A stretch of 47,671 nucleotides of DNA from positions 1-47,671 of the forward strand of contig JBOGUG010000213.1 in NCBI GenBank assembly GCA_050696115.1, given 5' to 3'. This DNA comes from Candidatus Promineifilaceae bacterium (GTDB lineage Bacteria > Chloroflexota > Anaerolineae > Promineifilales > Promineifilaceae). Position numbers and translations under genes: made by a program. Every line of letters begins with the position of its first letter. The first letter of the stretch is position 1. The notes under the pieces are model-generated. The model was not told the DNA's origin. It ran no database searches and saw only the letters and a list, made by a program, of their open reading frames with translations. This document shows positions 37,023 to 46,398 of the stretch, piece after piece.

Positions 37023-38879
37023 ATGGCCGATCGTGGGGATGATCGCCGGCCGCGCAACCGCTTGCTGATGGCCCTGGCCATCGCCGCCGTCGTTGTCATC
37101 TTCGCCTACGCCAGCCAGGTCACCGAAATTGACCTGGAAGAGCCGCTGGAGCCGCAGCGGCAGGCGAACCTTTTCGACCTGCTGCGCGAGTTGGCCCGGC
37201 CGGACATCCTCACCCACGAAAACGAGACGCGCAGCACGGACCTGTTCATGTTCATGCCCTGTCCGCCCGAGCCGGAGACCGCCCAGGTCGCGGCCGAGGG
37301 CGGCCAGCTTACGCTCGAGCCAAACTGCGCCTCCACCACCCAGCAGCCAATGACGCTGACCGGCCGGGGGTTCCGGCCGAACCTCCGCGGTGGCCTGATC
37401 TGGCACCCGCTCAACTCCAGCGCCACGCGCGTGCTTGGCGAATTCCGGGCGGATGACAGCGGCAATTTCCAAGTGACTTTTACCATGCCGGACATCCGGC
37501 CAGCGGATGAGCCCCAGCGCATCGAGGTGGTCGAAGTGCTGAGCCGGCGCGTCACTGGCCTGAGCGCCACCACCAAGGCGACGTTGGACAGCATTGTCGA
37601 GACTGTCTTCATGGCGCTGATGGCCTCCACCATCGGCACGATTTTGGCGGTGCCGATCTCCTTCCTGGGTGCGCGCAATCTGATGACCGGCGTGGGGCTG
37701 CCGCTGGCGGCCGCGATGGCGGCCGTGCTGGGCGGCTTGGGCGGGCTGCTGGGCGGCCTTTGGCTGGGCGCGCTAATGGGCGCGGCCGCCGACCAACTCG
37801 CCACGCCGACGACCGGCGCAGCGGCCGGCCTCGGCGGCGTGGTAATCGTAGCCGGCCTGGCCTCGCGCCTGTGGCCGCTGGCGGGCGGCCGGGCCGACGG
37901 CATCCAAGGCGCCGCTGTCAGACTGCTCGGTTACGCCTTGGGCGGGGCCATATTTATGCTGGCCCTGGCGCTGGTTAGCAACCTGGGCGCGGCCGGCGGC
38001 GCCTGGCTGGAGGAACGCCTGGGAGCGCTGGACTTCGTGGGCAATTTCTTTCAAGTCGTTTTCGGCCTTCTGCGCATCAGCCTGCCCTTCCTGGGAGCGC
38101 TGTTCGGGTTGGCCTTAATGGCCTCCCTGGCCAGCCGCTGGGCGCAAGAGGCGGTGCTGCGCCTGCCGCAGACCACGGCCGGCCTGCTGACGCTGATCTT
38201 GACGTTTGCGGGCACGACGGCCGTCATTTTCGCCCTGCTGTTCGCGGTCAATTGGATCTGCTTGTTCGACATCTGCAGCCGGCTGCCCGTGGCGGGCCTG
38301 AGCCTCGGGCCGACGCTGCTCATTCCGGCGCTCGTCGGCGGCGGACTGGCGGCGGCGTTGTCGGCTGGCCGGCCGCCCAAAAAGCTCTTCCCGCTGGGCG
38401 CGCTCACCTACACGCTCGTGCGCTGGCTCTTGAACTCGCTGCGGGCCATCGAGCCGGTGATCATGGGCTTCGTCCTCATCGTTTGGGTGGGGCTGGGGCC
38501 ATTCGCGGGCGTGATGGCGCTGGTGCTGCACTCGGTCGCCGACCTGGGCAAGCTGTTCTCCGAACAGGTGGAGAACATCGCGCCCGGCCCGCTGGAGGCC
38601 ATCACAGCCACTGGGGCCAACCGGTTGCAAACCATCGTCTTTGCCGTCGTGCCGCAGATCATCCCCCACTACATCGCCTTTGCCTTTTATCGCTGGGACA
38701 TTAACGTGCGCTTGTCCACCATTATCGGTTTCGTCGGCGGCGGCGGCATCGGCTTCATCCTGTTCCGCAGCACGAACCTGACCCAGTATCGCCAGGCCAG
38801 CGTCATGGTGATCGCCATCGCGGTGGTAGTGACGGCGCTGGACTACGTCAGCTCGCGCGTCCGGCGGCGCATTTTATAG
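37023..38879 (+). CDS. phnE: phosphonate-type ABC transporter permease, enlarged (618 aa)
   Basis: PhnE landmarks TIGTILAVPISFLGARNLM and LRAIEPVIMGFVLIVWVGLGPFAGVMAL...LFSEQVENI...EAITATGANRLQ...YRWDINVRLSTIIGFVGGGGIG are separated by a hydrophobic insert of about 235 aa. Confidence 0.85.
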   Translation: MADRGDDRRPRNRLLMALAIAAVVVIFAYASQVTEIDLEEPLEPQRQANLFDLLRELARPDILTHENETRSTDLFMFMPCPPEPETAQVAAEGGQLTLEPNCASTTQQPMTLTGRGFRPNLRGGLIWHPLNSSATRVLGEFRADDSGNFQVTFTMPDIRPADEPQRIEVVEVLSRRVTGLSATTKATLDSIVETVFMALMASTIGTILAVPISFLGARNLMTGVGLPLAAAMAAVLGGLGGLLGGLWLGALMGAAADQLATPTTGAAAGLGGVVIVAGLASRLWPLAGGRADGIQGAAVRLLGYALGGAIFMLALALVSNLGAAGGAWLEERLGALDFVGNFFQVVFGLLRISLPFLGALFGLALMASLASRWAQEAVLRLPQTTAGLLTLILTFAGTTAVIFALLFAVNWICLFDICSRLPVAGLSLGPTLLIPALVGGGLAAALSAGRPPKKLFPLGALTYTLVRWLLNSLRAIEPVIMGFVLIVWVGLGPFAGVMALVLHSVADLGKLFSEQVENIAPGPLEAITATGANRLQTIVFAVVPQIIPHYIAFAFYRWDINVRLSTIIGFVGGGGIGFILFRSTNLTQYRQASVMVIAIAVVVTALDYVSSRVRRRIL

Positions 38880-38896
38880 GCGGTGTACAGACCGGT

Positions 38897-40429
38897 ATGA
38901 GCGTTACCACAGCCGAACTCGACACGACCAGCCGCGAGCCGCAGCCAGCCTGGCGGCGGCCGCTGCGGACGATCTTGTTCGTGGTCGCCTTGCTGCTGGT
39001 CTACGCCTTCGCCGTTGAAGCCACCGAGATCCGCTTGGAGCGGCTCGTGGACGAGAGCCGGCAGGAGAACGTGCTGCGCGTGCTGCGCCTGTTGGCCGAC
39101 CCGGACTTCACCGACGTCAACGAAGCCGGCGAGGTGGTTCTGAGCGAAACGACGATCATCACCGTCGAGCGGATCATCGAGACGATCTTCATGGCTCTGG
39201 TGGCCTCCACGGCCGGCACCGTCCTGGCGATCCCGTTGTCGTTTTTGGCGGCGCGCAACCTGATGGCCCCGGTCACAGCGCCGCTGGCGGCGATCATGGC
39301 CGGCGTCATCGCCATTCCGGTTGGGGCGGCCGCGGGCGCGGCCGCCGGCCGGCTGTTGGCGGAGGGCGCGGCGGCAGTTGCGTCTGAGCCGGCCCTAGGG
39401 CTGGCGGCGCTGCTGGCGGCCGGGCTGGCCTTACGCTTGACGTTGCGCTGGAGCGGCCTGGCGGACGAGGATGGGGAAAGCTGGCGCGGCCGAGGGCTGG
39501 CGGCCGGCCGGATCGCCTTGGCCGGGCTGTTGTTCTTCTTCGGCCTGGCCCTTTTGGGCCAATTGGGTACGCATGCCGGCGCCTGGCTGGAGGCCAATCT
39601 GGGCCCCTTCGGCTTTCTAGGCTATTTCGTGCAGGTTCTGGCCGACTTGATCGGCCTGCTGCTGCCGGCGTTGCTGGGTTTGCTCGGCGGCCTCATCGGC
39701 TTGTTGCTCGGCAGCCGCTACGGCCAGGAGGCGGTCTTGCGCCTCAAGCTGGGAGCAGCACGGCTGCTATCGGCCGCCCTGACGGCGCTGGGGGCGGCCG
39801 CGCTGGCCTTCGGCGTGGGTTCGGCGCTGACCTGGCTGTACCGGTTCGACGAACCGGAGAACTGGACCTCGTATCCGGCGCTGGCGTCGGCTGTGGTGGG
39901 CGCGGCCGTGGGGCTGGCGCTGCGGCCGAAGCGGCCGGTGCGCATCGGACTGGCAATTTACACCGTCATGCGCGCCATCCTGAACGTCTTGCGCTCTATC
40001 GAGCCTTTGATCATGGCCATCGTCTTCGTCGTCTGGGTCAGCATCGGCCCCTTCGCCGGCATTTTGGCCTTGCTGCTGCACTCAATCGCCGCCCTGGGCA
40101 AGCTCTTCTCCGAGCAAGTCGAAGGCATTGACGAGGGGCCGGTCGAGGCCGTCACCGCCACCGGCGCCAACCGGGTGCAGACGACAGCCTACGCCGTTAT
40201 CCCCCAGATTGTCGCCCCGTTTACGGCCTTCGCGCTCTATCGCTGGGACATCAACGTGCGCCTGTCCACCATCATTGGTTTCGTCGGCGGCGGCGGCATC
40301 GGCTTCGTGCTGAGCCAAAACATCAGCCGGCTCCGCTATCGCCAGGCGAGTGTCATGATGTTGGCCATCGCGTTGGTGGTCTCGCTGTTGGATTACGCCA
40401 GCTCCAAGCTGCGCCGGCGGATTATTTAA
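38897..40429 (+). CDS. phnE: phosphonate-type ABC transporter permease, enlarged paralog (510 aa)
   Basis: It has the same landmarks as the upstream paralog (AIPLSFLAARNLM; LRSIEPLIMAIVFVVWVSIGPFAGILAL; YRWDINVRLSTIIGFVGGGGIG) and a homologous insert of about 230 aa. Confidence 0.85.
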   Translation: MSVTTAELDTTSREPQPAWRRPLRTILFVVALLLVYAFAVEATEIRLERLVDESRQENVLRVLRLLADPDFTDVNEAGEVVLSETTIITVERIIETIFMALVASTAGTVLAIPLSFLAARNLMAPVTAPLAAIMAGVIAIPVGAAAGAAAGRLLAEGAAAVASEPALGLAALLAAGLALRLTLRWSGLADEDGESWRGRGLAAGRIALAGLLFFFGLALLGQLGTHAGAWLEANLGPFGFLGYFVQVLADLIGLLLPALLGLLGGLIGLLLGSRYGQEAVLRLKLGAARLLSAALTALGAAALAFGVGSALTWLYRFDEPENWTSYPALASAVVGAAVGLALRPKRPVRIGLAIYTVMRAILNVLRSIEPLIMAIVFVVWVSIGPFAGILALLLHSIAALGKLFSEQVEGIDEGPVEAVTATGANRVQTTAYAVIPQIVAPFTAFALYRWDINVRLSTIIGFVGGGGIGFVLSQNISRLRYRQASVMMLAIALVVSLLDYASSKLRRRII

Positions 40430-40480
40430 GACTGGATTAGGGGCGCTTGGGCGGGCGCGGCCGGGAGAGTATTATCTTCA

Positions 40481-41461
40481 GTGGGAGAGGATGGCGGTCG
40501 CGCCTTGGCGATTGCCATCCCTTTTGGTGTTAGCATGCTGGACCTGGCCGTCATCATCGTCAGCTGGAACGTTCGCGATTACCTGGCTGACTGCCTGCGC
40601 TCGGTGTACGCTGAGCTGGAGCGCTCGGGCCTACGGGCCGAGGTCTGGGTGGTTGACAACGCTTCGACAGACGGTACCCAGGCGCTCCTGGCCGACCTGT
40701 TCCCGCGCACGCACGTGTTGGCCAACGCCGACAACCCCGGCTTCGGGGCGGCCAACAACCAGGGCATGTGGGCGGCCGCCTCGCAGAACGGCTACGGCCC
40801 GCGCTATTATCTGCTGTTGAACCCGGACACGCTGGTGCGGCCGGGGGCCATTGCCACGCTGGTGGAGGCGCTGGAACATAACCCGACGGCCGGGATGGCC
40901 GGGGCGCGGTTGGTGCACCGCGACGGCCGCTTCCAGCACAGCGCCTTTGCCTTCCCCGGCCTGCGCCAACTCCTTTTCGACCTCTTCCCCCTGCCCGGCC
41001 GGCTGTACGAGAGCAAATGGAACGGCCGGTATGCGCGCAGCCGTTTTCGAGACCAGCAAGAGCCGTTCGAGATTGACCACCCCCTGGGCGCGGCGATGCT
41101 GGTGCGCGGCGACGTGGCCGAGGCCACCGGAGGTTTCGACAAAACCTTTCACATGTACTGCGAAGAGATTGATTGGGCCTGGCGCATCCGGCGCGCCGGT
41201 TGGTGCGTCCTGAGCGTGCCCTCGGCCGAGATCGTCCATTACGGCGGCCAGAGCACGCGCCAGATGCCGGCCGGCATGACGCTGAATCTGTGGCGCAGCC
41301 GGGCTCTGCTTTACAGGCGTCATTACGGCCGGCTCAGGTTTGGCCTGGCGCGACGGATCGCCCTGCGCGGCCTGCGGCGCAAGGCGCGCCGGGCGGCCGA
41401 CCCCGCCCTGCGCGAGGCATACCTGGAGGCGGCCTCCGCCTGGCGCGGCGAACCAGCGTGA
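40481..41461 (+). CDS. family 2 glycosyltransferase (rhamnosyltransferase-like)
   Basis: AVIIVSWNVRDYL...VVDNASTDGT...GFGAANN...LLLNPDTLV. The start may be ATG 40535 rather than GTG 40481. Confidence 0.8.
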   Translation: MGEDGGRALAIAIPFGVSMLDLAVIIVSWNVRDYLADCLRSVYAELERSGLRAEVWVVDNASTDGTQALLADLFPRTHVLANADNPGFGAANNQGMWAAASQNGYGPRYYLLLNPDTLVRPGAIATLVEALEHNPTAGMAGARLVHRDGRFQHSAFAFPGLRQLLFDLFPLPGRLYESKWNGRYARSRFRDQQEPFEIDHPLGAAMLVRGDVAEATGGFDKTFHMYCEEIDWAWRIRRAGWCVLSVPSAEIVHYGGQSTRQMPAGMTLNLWRSRALLYRRHYGRLRFGLARRIALRGLRRKARRAADPALREAYLEAASAWRGEPA

Positions 41462-42288
41462 GCCAGCCGGGGCCAGCGGCCGACGCGCCCAAACTGACGG
41501 CGGTCATCTTAACGCTGAACGAAGCGGCCCACATCCAGGCCTGCATTGACAGCCTGCGCTGGGCTGACCACATCCTGATCTTCGACGCCTACAGCAGCGA
41601 CGGGACGCTCAGCCTGGCCCAAGCGGCCGGGGCGGAGGTGCGCCAGTCGCGCTTCGAGAACTACGCCCAACAGCGCAACGCGGCCCTGGCGGCCGTGGGC
41701 GGCGAGTGGGTCTTCTTTGTGGACGCCGACGAGCGGGCCACGGCCGAGCTGGCGGCCGAGGCGCGGGCTGTGGTGGCGCTCCGGCCGGAGGTGGGCTGGC
41801 ATGTGCCGCGCCACAACATCATTTTCGGCCGGCTGACGCGCGGCGGCGGCTGGCGGCCGGACTACCAGTTGCGGCTCTTCCGGCGCGAACAGGTGCGTTA
41901 CGAGCAGCCGGTACATGAGGTGGCGGTCGTGGACGGGCCGGTGGGCTATCTGCGCCAGCCGTTGATCCACTTCAACTACCGCGACCCGGCCCACTTTCAC
42001 GCCAAGCAGCGGCGTTACGTCGAGTACGACGCCCAGATGTTGGCGGCCGCTGGCGCGCGGCTAAAGGGCCATTCGCGCTTCAGCATGGCGGCGCGCCAGT
42101 TTTGGTGGCGCTTCGTGCGCCTGGGCGGCTACCGCGACGGGCCGCACGGGCTGCGGCTTAGCCTGTACCTGGCCTACTACGAATGGCTGAAGTACCGGCG
42201 GCTGGGGGAGCTGAGCGGGAGGTCAAACCGGCCCCAGGCGGGCGAACCACCGCCAGCGGGCGGCCGACCTCCGGCAGGTCTGGCTTAG
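41458..42288 (+). CDS. family 2 glycosyltransferase
   Basis: The GTG start overlaps the upstream stop (GTGA at 41458..41461). LTAVILTLNEAAHI...IFDAYSSDGT...FFVDADERA are GT2 motifs. The ORF-track start 41173 lies inside the previous gene. Confidence 0.8.
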   Translation: MSQPGPAADAPKLTAVILTLNEAAHIQACIDSLRWADHILIFDAYSSDGTLSLAQAAGAEVRQSRFENYAQQRNAALAAVGGEWVFFVDADERATAELAAEARAVVALRPEVGWHVPRHNIIFGRLTRGGGWRPDYQLRLFRREQVRYEQPVHEVAVVDGPVGYLRQPLIHFNYRDPAHFHAKQRRYVEYDAQMLAAAGARLKGHSRFSMAARQFWWRFVRLGGYRDGPHGLRLSLYLAYYEWLKYRRLGELSGRSNRPQAGEPPPAGGRPPAGLA

Positions 42289-42524
42289 ACCAGCGCCTGC
42301 TCTGGGCCGAGCGGCCGCAGCTCCCAGGTGGTCGTGTCGCTGCGCAGCAGCAGCTCGCGCGGCCGGTGGCCTTCGAGCATGACCAGCACATGCCGCCCCT
42401 GCCGGTCGGCCCATTGGCGCCCCTGGCCGACAGGCTGCCAACGCCCATCTAGAAAAACCCGGCTCACATCAACGGTGCCGTCGGCCGCGAAACGGCACTC
42501 GACGCCAACAAGCGCGTGGGCCAT
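42285..42524 (-). CDS. small hypothetical protein (79 aa)
   Basis: AAAGGAGA lies 4 nt upstream of ATG 42524, which is 30 nt downstream of the GT-C gene stop. The 3' end overlaps the convergent GT2 gene by 4 nt. Confidence 0.55.
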   Translation of the reverse strand: MAHALVGVECRFAADGTVDVSRVFLDGRWQPVGQGRQWADRQGRHVLVMLEGHRPRELLLRSDTTTWELRPLGPEQALV

Positions 42525-42554
42525 AGGGTCTCCTTTGCCGCCCGGCCGCCTCGC

Positions 42555-43889
42555 CTAGCTGAGGGCCGGCAGGATGAAGCGGTACAGGGCCAGCAGGTCT
42601 AAGCCGGCCAGGCCAAGGGCGAGCCCGCCCGCCCAAAACGCGTACCAGCCCGGCCGGCCCAGGGCCAGCGGCGCCAGCAGCCGATCCCAGCCGGCGGCAA
42701 CGGCCAGCGCAACCGGGATCAGGGCGGGAAACAGGTAGCGCCCCTGGTGCTGAACAAAAGTCAAATTGTAGCCCAGATAGAGCAACAGGCTGAGCAAAAA
42801 GGTCGCCAGCAGGACAATAATGAGCGCCGGCCGGCCGGGAAGCCTGCCGGGATTGGCGTCCAACTCCGGGCGACGGTAGGTTCGCGGCCGGCCAATGCGC
42901 AGCGCCAGTCCGGCCAGGGTCAGGACGCTGAAGAGCAGCAGGGCAGCGTAGACCCAGGCCGGCATAGGTACGCCCATCCAGCCGAACTGGCCCCAGAAGC
43001 TCTGGAAGGTGGTGCGGCCGAAGGCGGCCAGATAGCCGGCCGGGCCCAGGCGGGCCAGCCATTCAGCCGTGCGCGGCTGGCCGGTGACGACGGCGTTGTG
43101 GGCGCCGATGCCTAGCAGGTCGGGCGCCTGATAAACGGCCACGTTGCGCAGCCACCAGAGCGCGCCCAGGGCGGCCGCCAGGCCAAAGACGACCAAGCCA
43201 GCCCGCGCCTGGGCCCGCGGCCGGCCCAGGTAGTACAGGGCCAGGGCGACGACGGCTGCCAGCGGATAAACAGTGGCCTTGGTCAGAAAACCCAGGCCAA
43301 GCAGGGCGCCCAGGAGCAGATGGAGGCGGGCTGGCGGCCTGTCCGGCCGCGGATCGGTCAGCAGGCGGGCCAATAGGAACAGGATGGCGGCGATGAGCAG
43401 CTCGGCCAGGCTGTCGTTGTTGACGGCGGCCAGCATGGCGACGTGCTGGGGCAAGAAAGCGACGAAGGCGGCCGCGCCGGCCGCCGGCCAGGGCCGGCCG
43501 GCAAACAGGCGCCGGCCGATAGCGTAGGCGAAGACAACGACGCCCGCTCCCAGAACAACCGAGCCGAGCCGCAGCGCCGTCAGATCGCCGCCGGCGGCGC
43601 GGAAGAGGGGCGTCAGCAGCAGATAGTAAAGGGGCGGCTGGTAATCCTCGTACTCGAACGAGGCGACCGAGAAGCGTGGGTCAAACTCGGAGTCGAGGAC
43701 CTGCTGCTGGTACGCCTGGTCGTAGTCGCCCGGCCGGATGACGGGCCATTCGCCCTCCGCGAGCTGGCGGATGTAGTTGTAATGGGCCGGCTCGTCCGGA
43801 GTCTGCCAGGGCGGGGTGAGCAGGGCGTAGAGGCCGGCGACCAGCAGATACACGACCAGGATGGCGGCCAGGGGCCAGTGGCGAGACAT
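42555..43889 (-). CDS. GT-C fold membrane glycosyltransferase (GT39/ArnT-like)
   Basis: Polytopic protein of 444 aa. The first-loop motif TPPWQTPDEPAHYNYIRQL and YEDYQPPLYY are typical of the PMT_2/ArnT family. Confidence 0.75.
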   Translation of the reverse strand: MSRHWPLAAILVVYLLVAGLYALLTPPWQTPDEPAHYNYIRQLAEGEWPVIRPGDYDQAYQQQVLDSEFDPRFSVASFEYEDYQPPLYYLLLTPLFRAAGGDLTALRLGSVVLGAGVVVFAYAIGRRLFAGRPWPAAGAAAFVAFLPQHVAMLAAVNNDSLAELLIAAILFLLARLLTDPRPDRPPARLHLLLGALLGLGFLTKATVYPLAAVVALALYYLGRPRAQARAGLVVFGLAAALGALWWLRNVAVYQAPDLLGIGAHNAVVTGQPRTAEWLARLGPAGYLAAFGRTTFQSFWGQFGWMGVPMPAWVYAALLLFSVLTLAGLALRIGRPRTYRRPELDANPGRLPGRPALIIVLLATFLLSLLLYLGYNLTFVQHQGRYLFPALIPVALAVAAGWDRLLAPLALGRPGWYAFWAGGLALGLAGLDLLALYRFILPALS

Positions 43890-43914
43890 GCGGCCGCCTG
43901 TGATCCCGGCCGGC

Positions 43915-44556
43915 CTAACGCTTCAGGGCCACCATCAGCCCATCGCGCAGCGGCACCAGGGTGGTGATCCATTTGCTCTCGTCCAGCAGCAGGCGGGTCG
44001 CCTGGCGAATGCCCTGGGTGGCCGGCTGCTGCTCCTGGGGGTCCATGACCCGGCCGCTCCACAGCATATTGTCAACGATCAGCAGGCCGCCCGGCCGAAG
44101 CTTGGCGTGAATCACGGCCAGGGAGTCGGGGTAGCCTTCCTTATCAATGTCGTTAAAAATCAGGTCGAAGGGGCCGTCGGCCTGGCGCAAGGCGGCCACC
44201 GCCTCGCCGACGGTATAGCGCACCAGGTCGTCAAAACCCAGGGCCGACAGGTGGCCGCGGGCGCGCTGGGACAGGCCATCATCCCAGACGACGTGATGCA
44301 CCACTCCGCCACCGTTCTCGCGCACGGCGCGGGCAAACCAGGCGGTCGAGTAGCCGTAGCCGGAGCCCAGCTCGAATATCCGGCCGGCGTTGATCAGGCG
44401 CGCCATCTGGTAGAGATAATAACCGGCCACCGGGCCAATGATGGGGAAATCGGTCTCGGCCGCGACGGCTTCCATGGCCTGCATCGCGGCCGGCCGCTCC
44501 GGCACCAGGGTCGTGAGATAGGGCATCAATTGGGGTGAAAACAGTTCGTAAGCCAT
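43915..44556 (-). CDS. class I SAM-dependent O-methyltransferase (caffeoyl-CoA OMT/YrrM-like)
   Basis: ELGSGYGYST (motif I), FDLIFNDIDKEGYP and LRPGGLLIVDNMLWSG. Confidence 0.85.
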   Translation of the reverse strand: MAYELFSPQLMPYLTTLVPERPAAMQAMEAVAAETDFPIIGPVAGYYLYQMARLINAGRIFELGSGYGYSTAWFARAVRENGGGVVHHVVWDDGLSQRARGHLSALGFDDLVRYTVGEAVAALRQADGPFDLIFNDIDKEGYPDSLAVIHAKLRPGGLLIVDNMLWSGRVMDPQEQQPATQGIRQATRLLLDESKWITTLVPLRDGLMVALKR

Positions 44557-44595
44557 TCGCTCCTCTTCGGGGATGGATGGGCGCCGGCCGGCGAC

Positions 44596-46398
44596 TTAGG
44601 GCGAATGCCCCAGCCGGGCCAGCTCGTCAGCGGCTAACTCGTCGTCCAGCTTCTTGAACAGCGGCCGAGCCGGGCCAAGCGCCCGGCCGGCGGGAATCGG
44701 GCTGGCTGACCAGCGCCCGGCGGCCCCGGCCGGGTCGTAGGTCAGGGCCTGGTGGCTGCCCGCGCCTTCGGTATAGGTCTCGACGCGCTGGCGGCCGAAT
44801 AGCTGGCCCTGCTCGCCCAGTATTTCGTGCAGCGCCTGGGCGCTGAAGGGCAGGACCGGCGCCAGCAAAATCTTCAAGCCGTTGATGGCCTGCAAGGCAG
44901 CGTTGAGCGCCCGGCCGGCAGCGGCCGGATCCTGGCCGAAGACCAGCCAGGGGCTGGTTTCCTCCAGGTACTGGTTGACCCGGCTGGAAAGGGCCATGAC
45001 CTCCTGCAAGGCGGCCCGGAAGCTGCAGGCCGCGTAATGGCCGCCAACGATCTCAAAGCCGCGCTCGACTTCGGCCGCCAGAGCAGCTTCGGCGGCTGTG
45101 GGCTGGCCCGGCTCTGGCATCACACCGTCAAAATAACGGCCGATCATGCTCAGGACGCGGTTGACCAGGTTGCCCCAGTTGGCCACCAGGACGCTGTTGT
45201 TGGCCTCGATGTAGCCCTGCCAGCTCCAATCGCTGTCGCGGTTTTCGGGCATGGCGGCCGTCAGGTAATAGCGCAGCGCGTCCGGGTCGTGGCGCTCTAA
45301 GGCGTCGAGCATCCAGACGCCCCAATTGCGGCTGCCGCTGATTTTTTGCCCCTCCATATTCATGAAGGCGTTGGCGGGCACATCATAGGGCAGGTTCAGC
45401 TCGCGGCCGCTGTCCTGGGCATAAAGCGGGCCGGCGCCGATCAGCTGGGCCGGCCAGAAGACCGAGTGAAAGGGAATGTTGTCTTTGCCGACGAAGTAAT
45501 AGTTGCGGGCGGCCGGTTCAAACCACCAGGCGCGCCAGGCATCGGGCTGTCCCTGGTTGGCCGCCCATTCAATGCTGGCCGACAGGTAGCCGATGACGGC
45601 CTCAAACCAGACGTACAGCACCTTCCCCTGCCAGCCCTCAACCGGCACCGGGATACCCCAGTCCATGTCGCGAGTGACGGCGCGGCTTTGCAAGCCCTCG
45701 CGCAGGATGAGGTTGCGGGCGAAGTTGAGCACCTGCGGCCGCCAGTGCTCCTTGTCGTCCAGGATCCAGGCGGCCAGGCCGTCGCCGGCCAGTTTGGGCA
45801 GGTCGAGATAGAAATGCTCGGTGTCGCGCAGCTCTAGCTCGCTGTCGTCGAGGCTGCTGCGCGGGTCAATCAGCTCGCTGGCGCTCTCAAAGAGAGTGTT
45901 GCAATTGTCGCACTGGTCGGCCCGCGCCCGGCCGTAGCCGCACACCGGGCAGGTGCCTTCTATGTAGCGATCGGGAAGGAAGCGGCCGGTCCTGGGCGAG
46001 TACATTTGGGCCGAGAATTTGCGAAACAGGTAGCCGCGTTCCAGCAGCGCCAGGAAGAAGTCCTGCGAGACACGGTGATGGTTTTCGGTGTCGGTGTGGG
46101 TGAAGAGATCGTAGCTCAGCCCCAGGCGCTGGTACAACTCAAGAAAGCGCTGGTGGTAATAGCGGAAGATCTCGGCGGCCGCCTTGCCTTCGGCGTCGGC
46201 CTTGATCGTGACCGGCGTGCCGTGGCTGTCGGAGCCGGACACCATGAGCACCCGGTTGCCGCGCAGGCGGTGGTAGCGGGCGAAAATGTCGGCCGGCAGG
46301 TAAGAGCCGGTGACATTGCCCTGGTGGATGTCGGCGTTGGCGTACGGCCAGGCCACCGCGACTAAAATTGTCTCAGCGACGGGCGCAGGATCGGTCAT
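44596..46398 (-). CDS. metG: methionyl-tRNA synthetase
   Basis: WPYANADIHQGN (HIGH region), zinc knuckle CPVCGYGRARADQCDNC and GQKISGSRNWG (KMSKS region). ATG 46398 shares its A with the upstream TGA (TGATG). The ORF track uses TTG 46401. Confidence 0.95.
   Translation of the reverse strand: MTDPAPVAETILVAVAWPYANADIHQGNVTGSYLPADIFARYHRLRGNRVLMVSGSDSHGTPVTIKADAEGKAAAEIFRYYHQRFLELYQRLGLSYDLFTHTDTENHHRVSQDFFLALLERGYLFRKFSAQMYSPRTGRFLPDRYIEGTCPVCGYGRARADQCDNCNTLFESASELIDPRSSLDDSELELRDTEHFYLDLPKLAGDGLAAWILDDKEHWRPQVLNFARNLILREGLQSRAVTRDMDWGIPVPVEGWQGKVLYVWFEAVIGYLSASIEWAANQGQPDAWRAWWFEPAARNYYFVGKDNIPFHSVFWPAQLIGAGPLYAQDSGRELNLPYDVPANAFMNMEGQKISGSRNWGVWMLDALERHDPDALRYYLTAAMPENRDSDWSWQGYIEANNSVLVANWGNLVNRVLSMIGRYFDGVMPEPGQPTAAEAALAAEVERGFEIVGGHYAACSFRAALQEVMALSSRVNQYLEETSPWLVFGQDPAAAGRALNAALQAINGLKILLAPVLPFSAQALHEILGEQGQLFGRQRVETYTEGAGSHQALTYDPAGAAGRWSASPIPAGRALGPARPLFKKLDDELAADELARLGHSP

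Noticed and set aside
38688-40313. Dispersed nucleotide repeat (about 75 nt, roughly 90 percent identical by eye) at 38688..38762 and 40239..40313
   Set aside because: It falls on the most conserved PhnE segment (YRWDINVRLSTIIGFVGGGGIGF) of the two tandem paralogs. Paralogy or purifying selection explains it; it is not a mobile or regulatory repeat.
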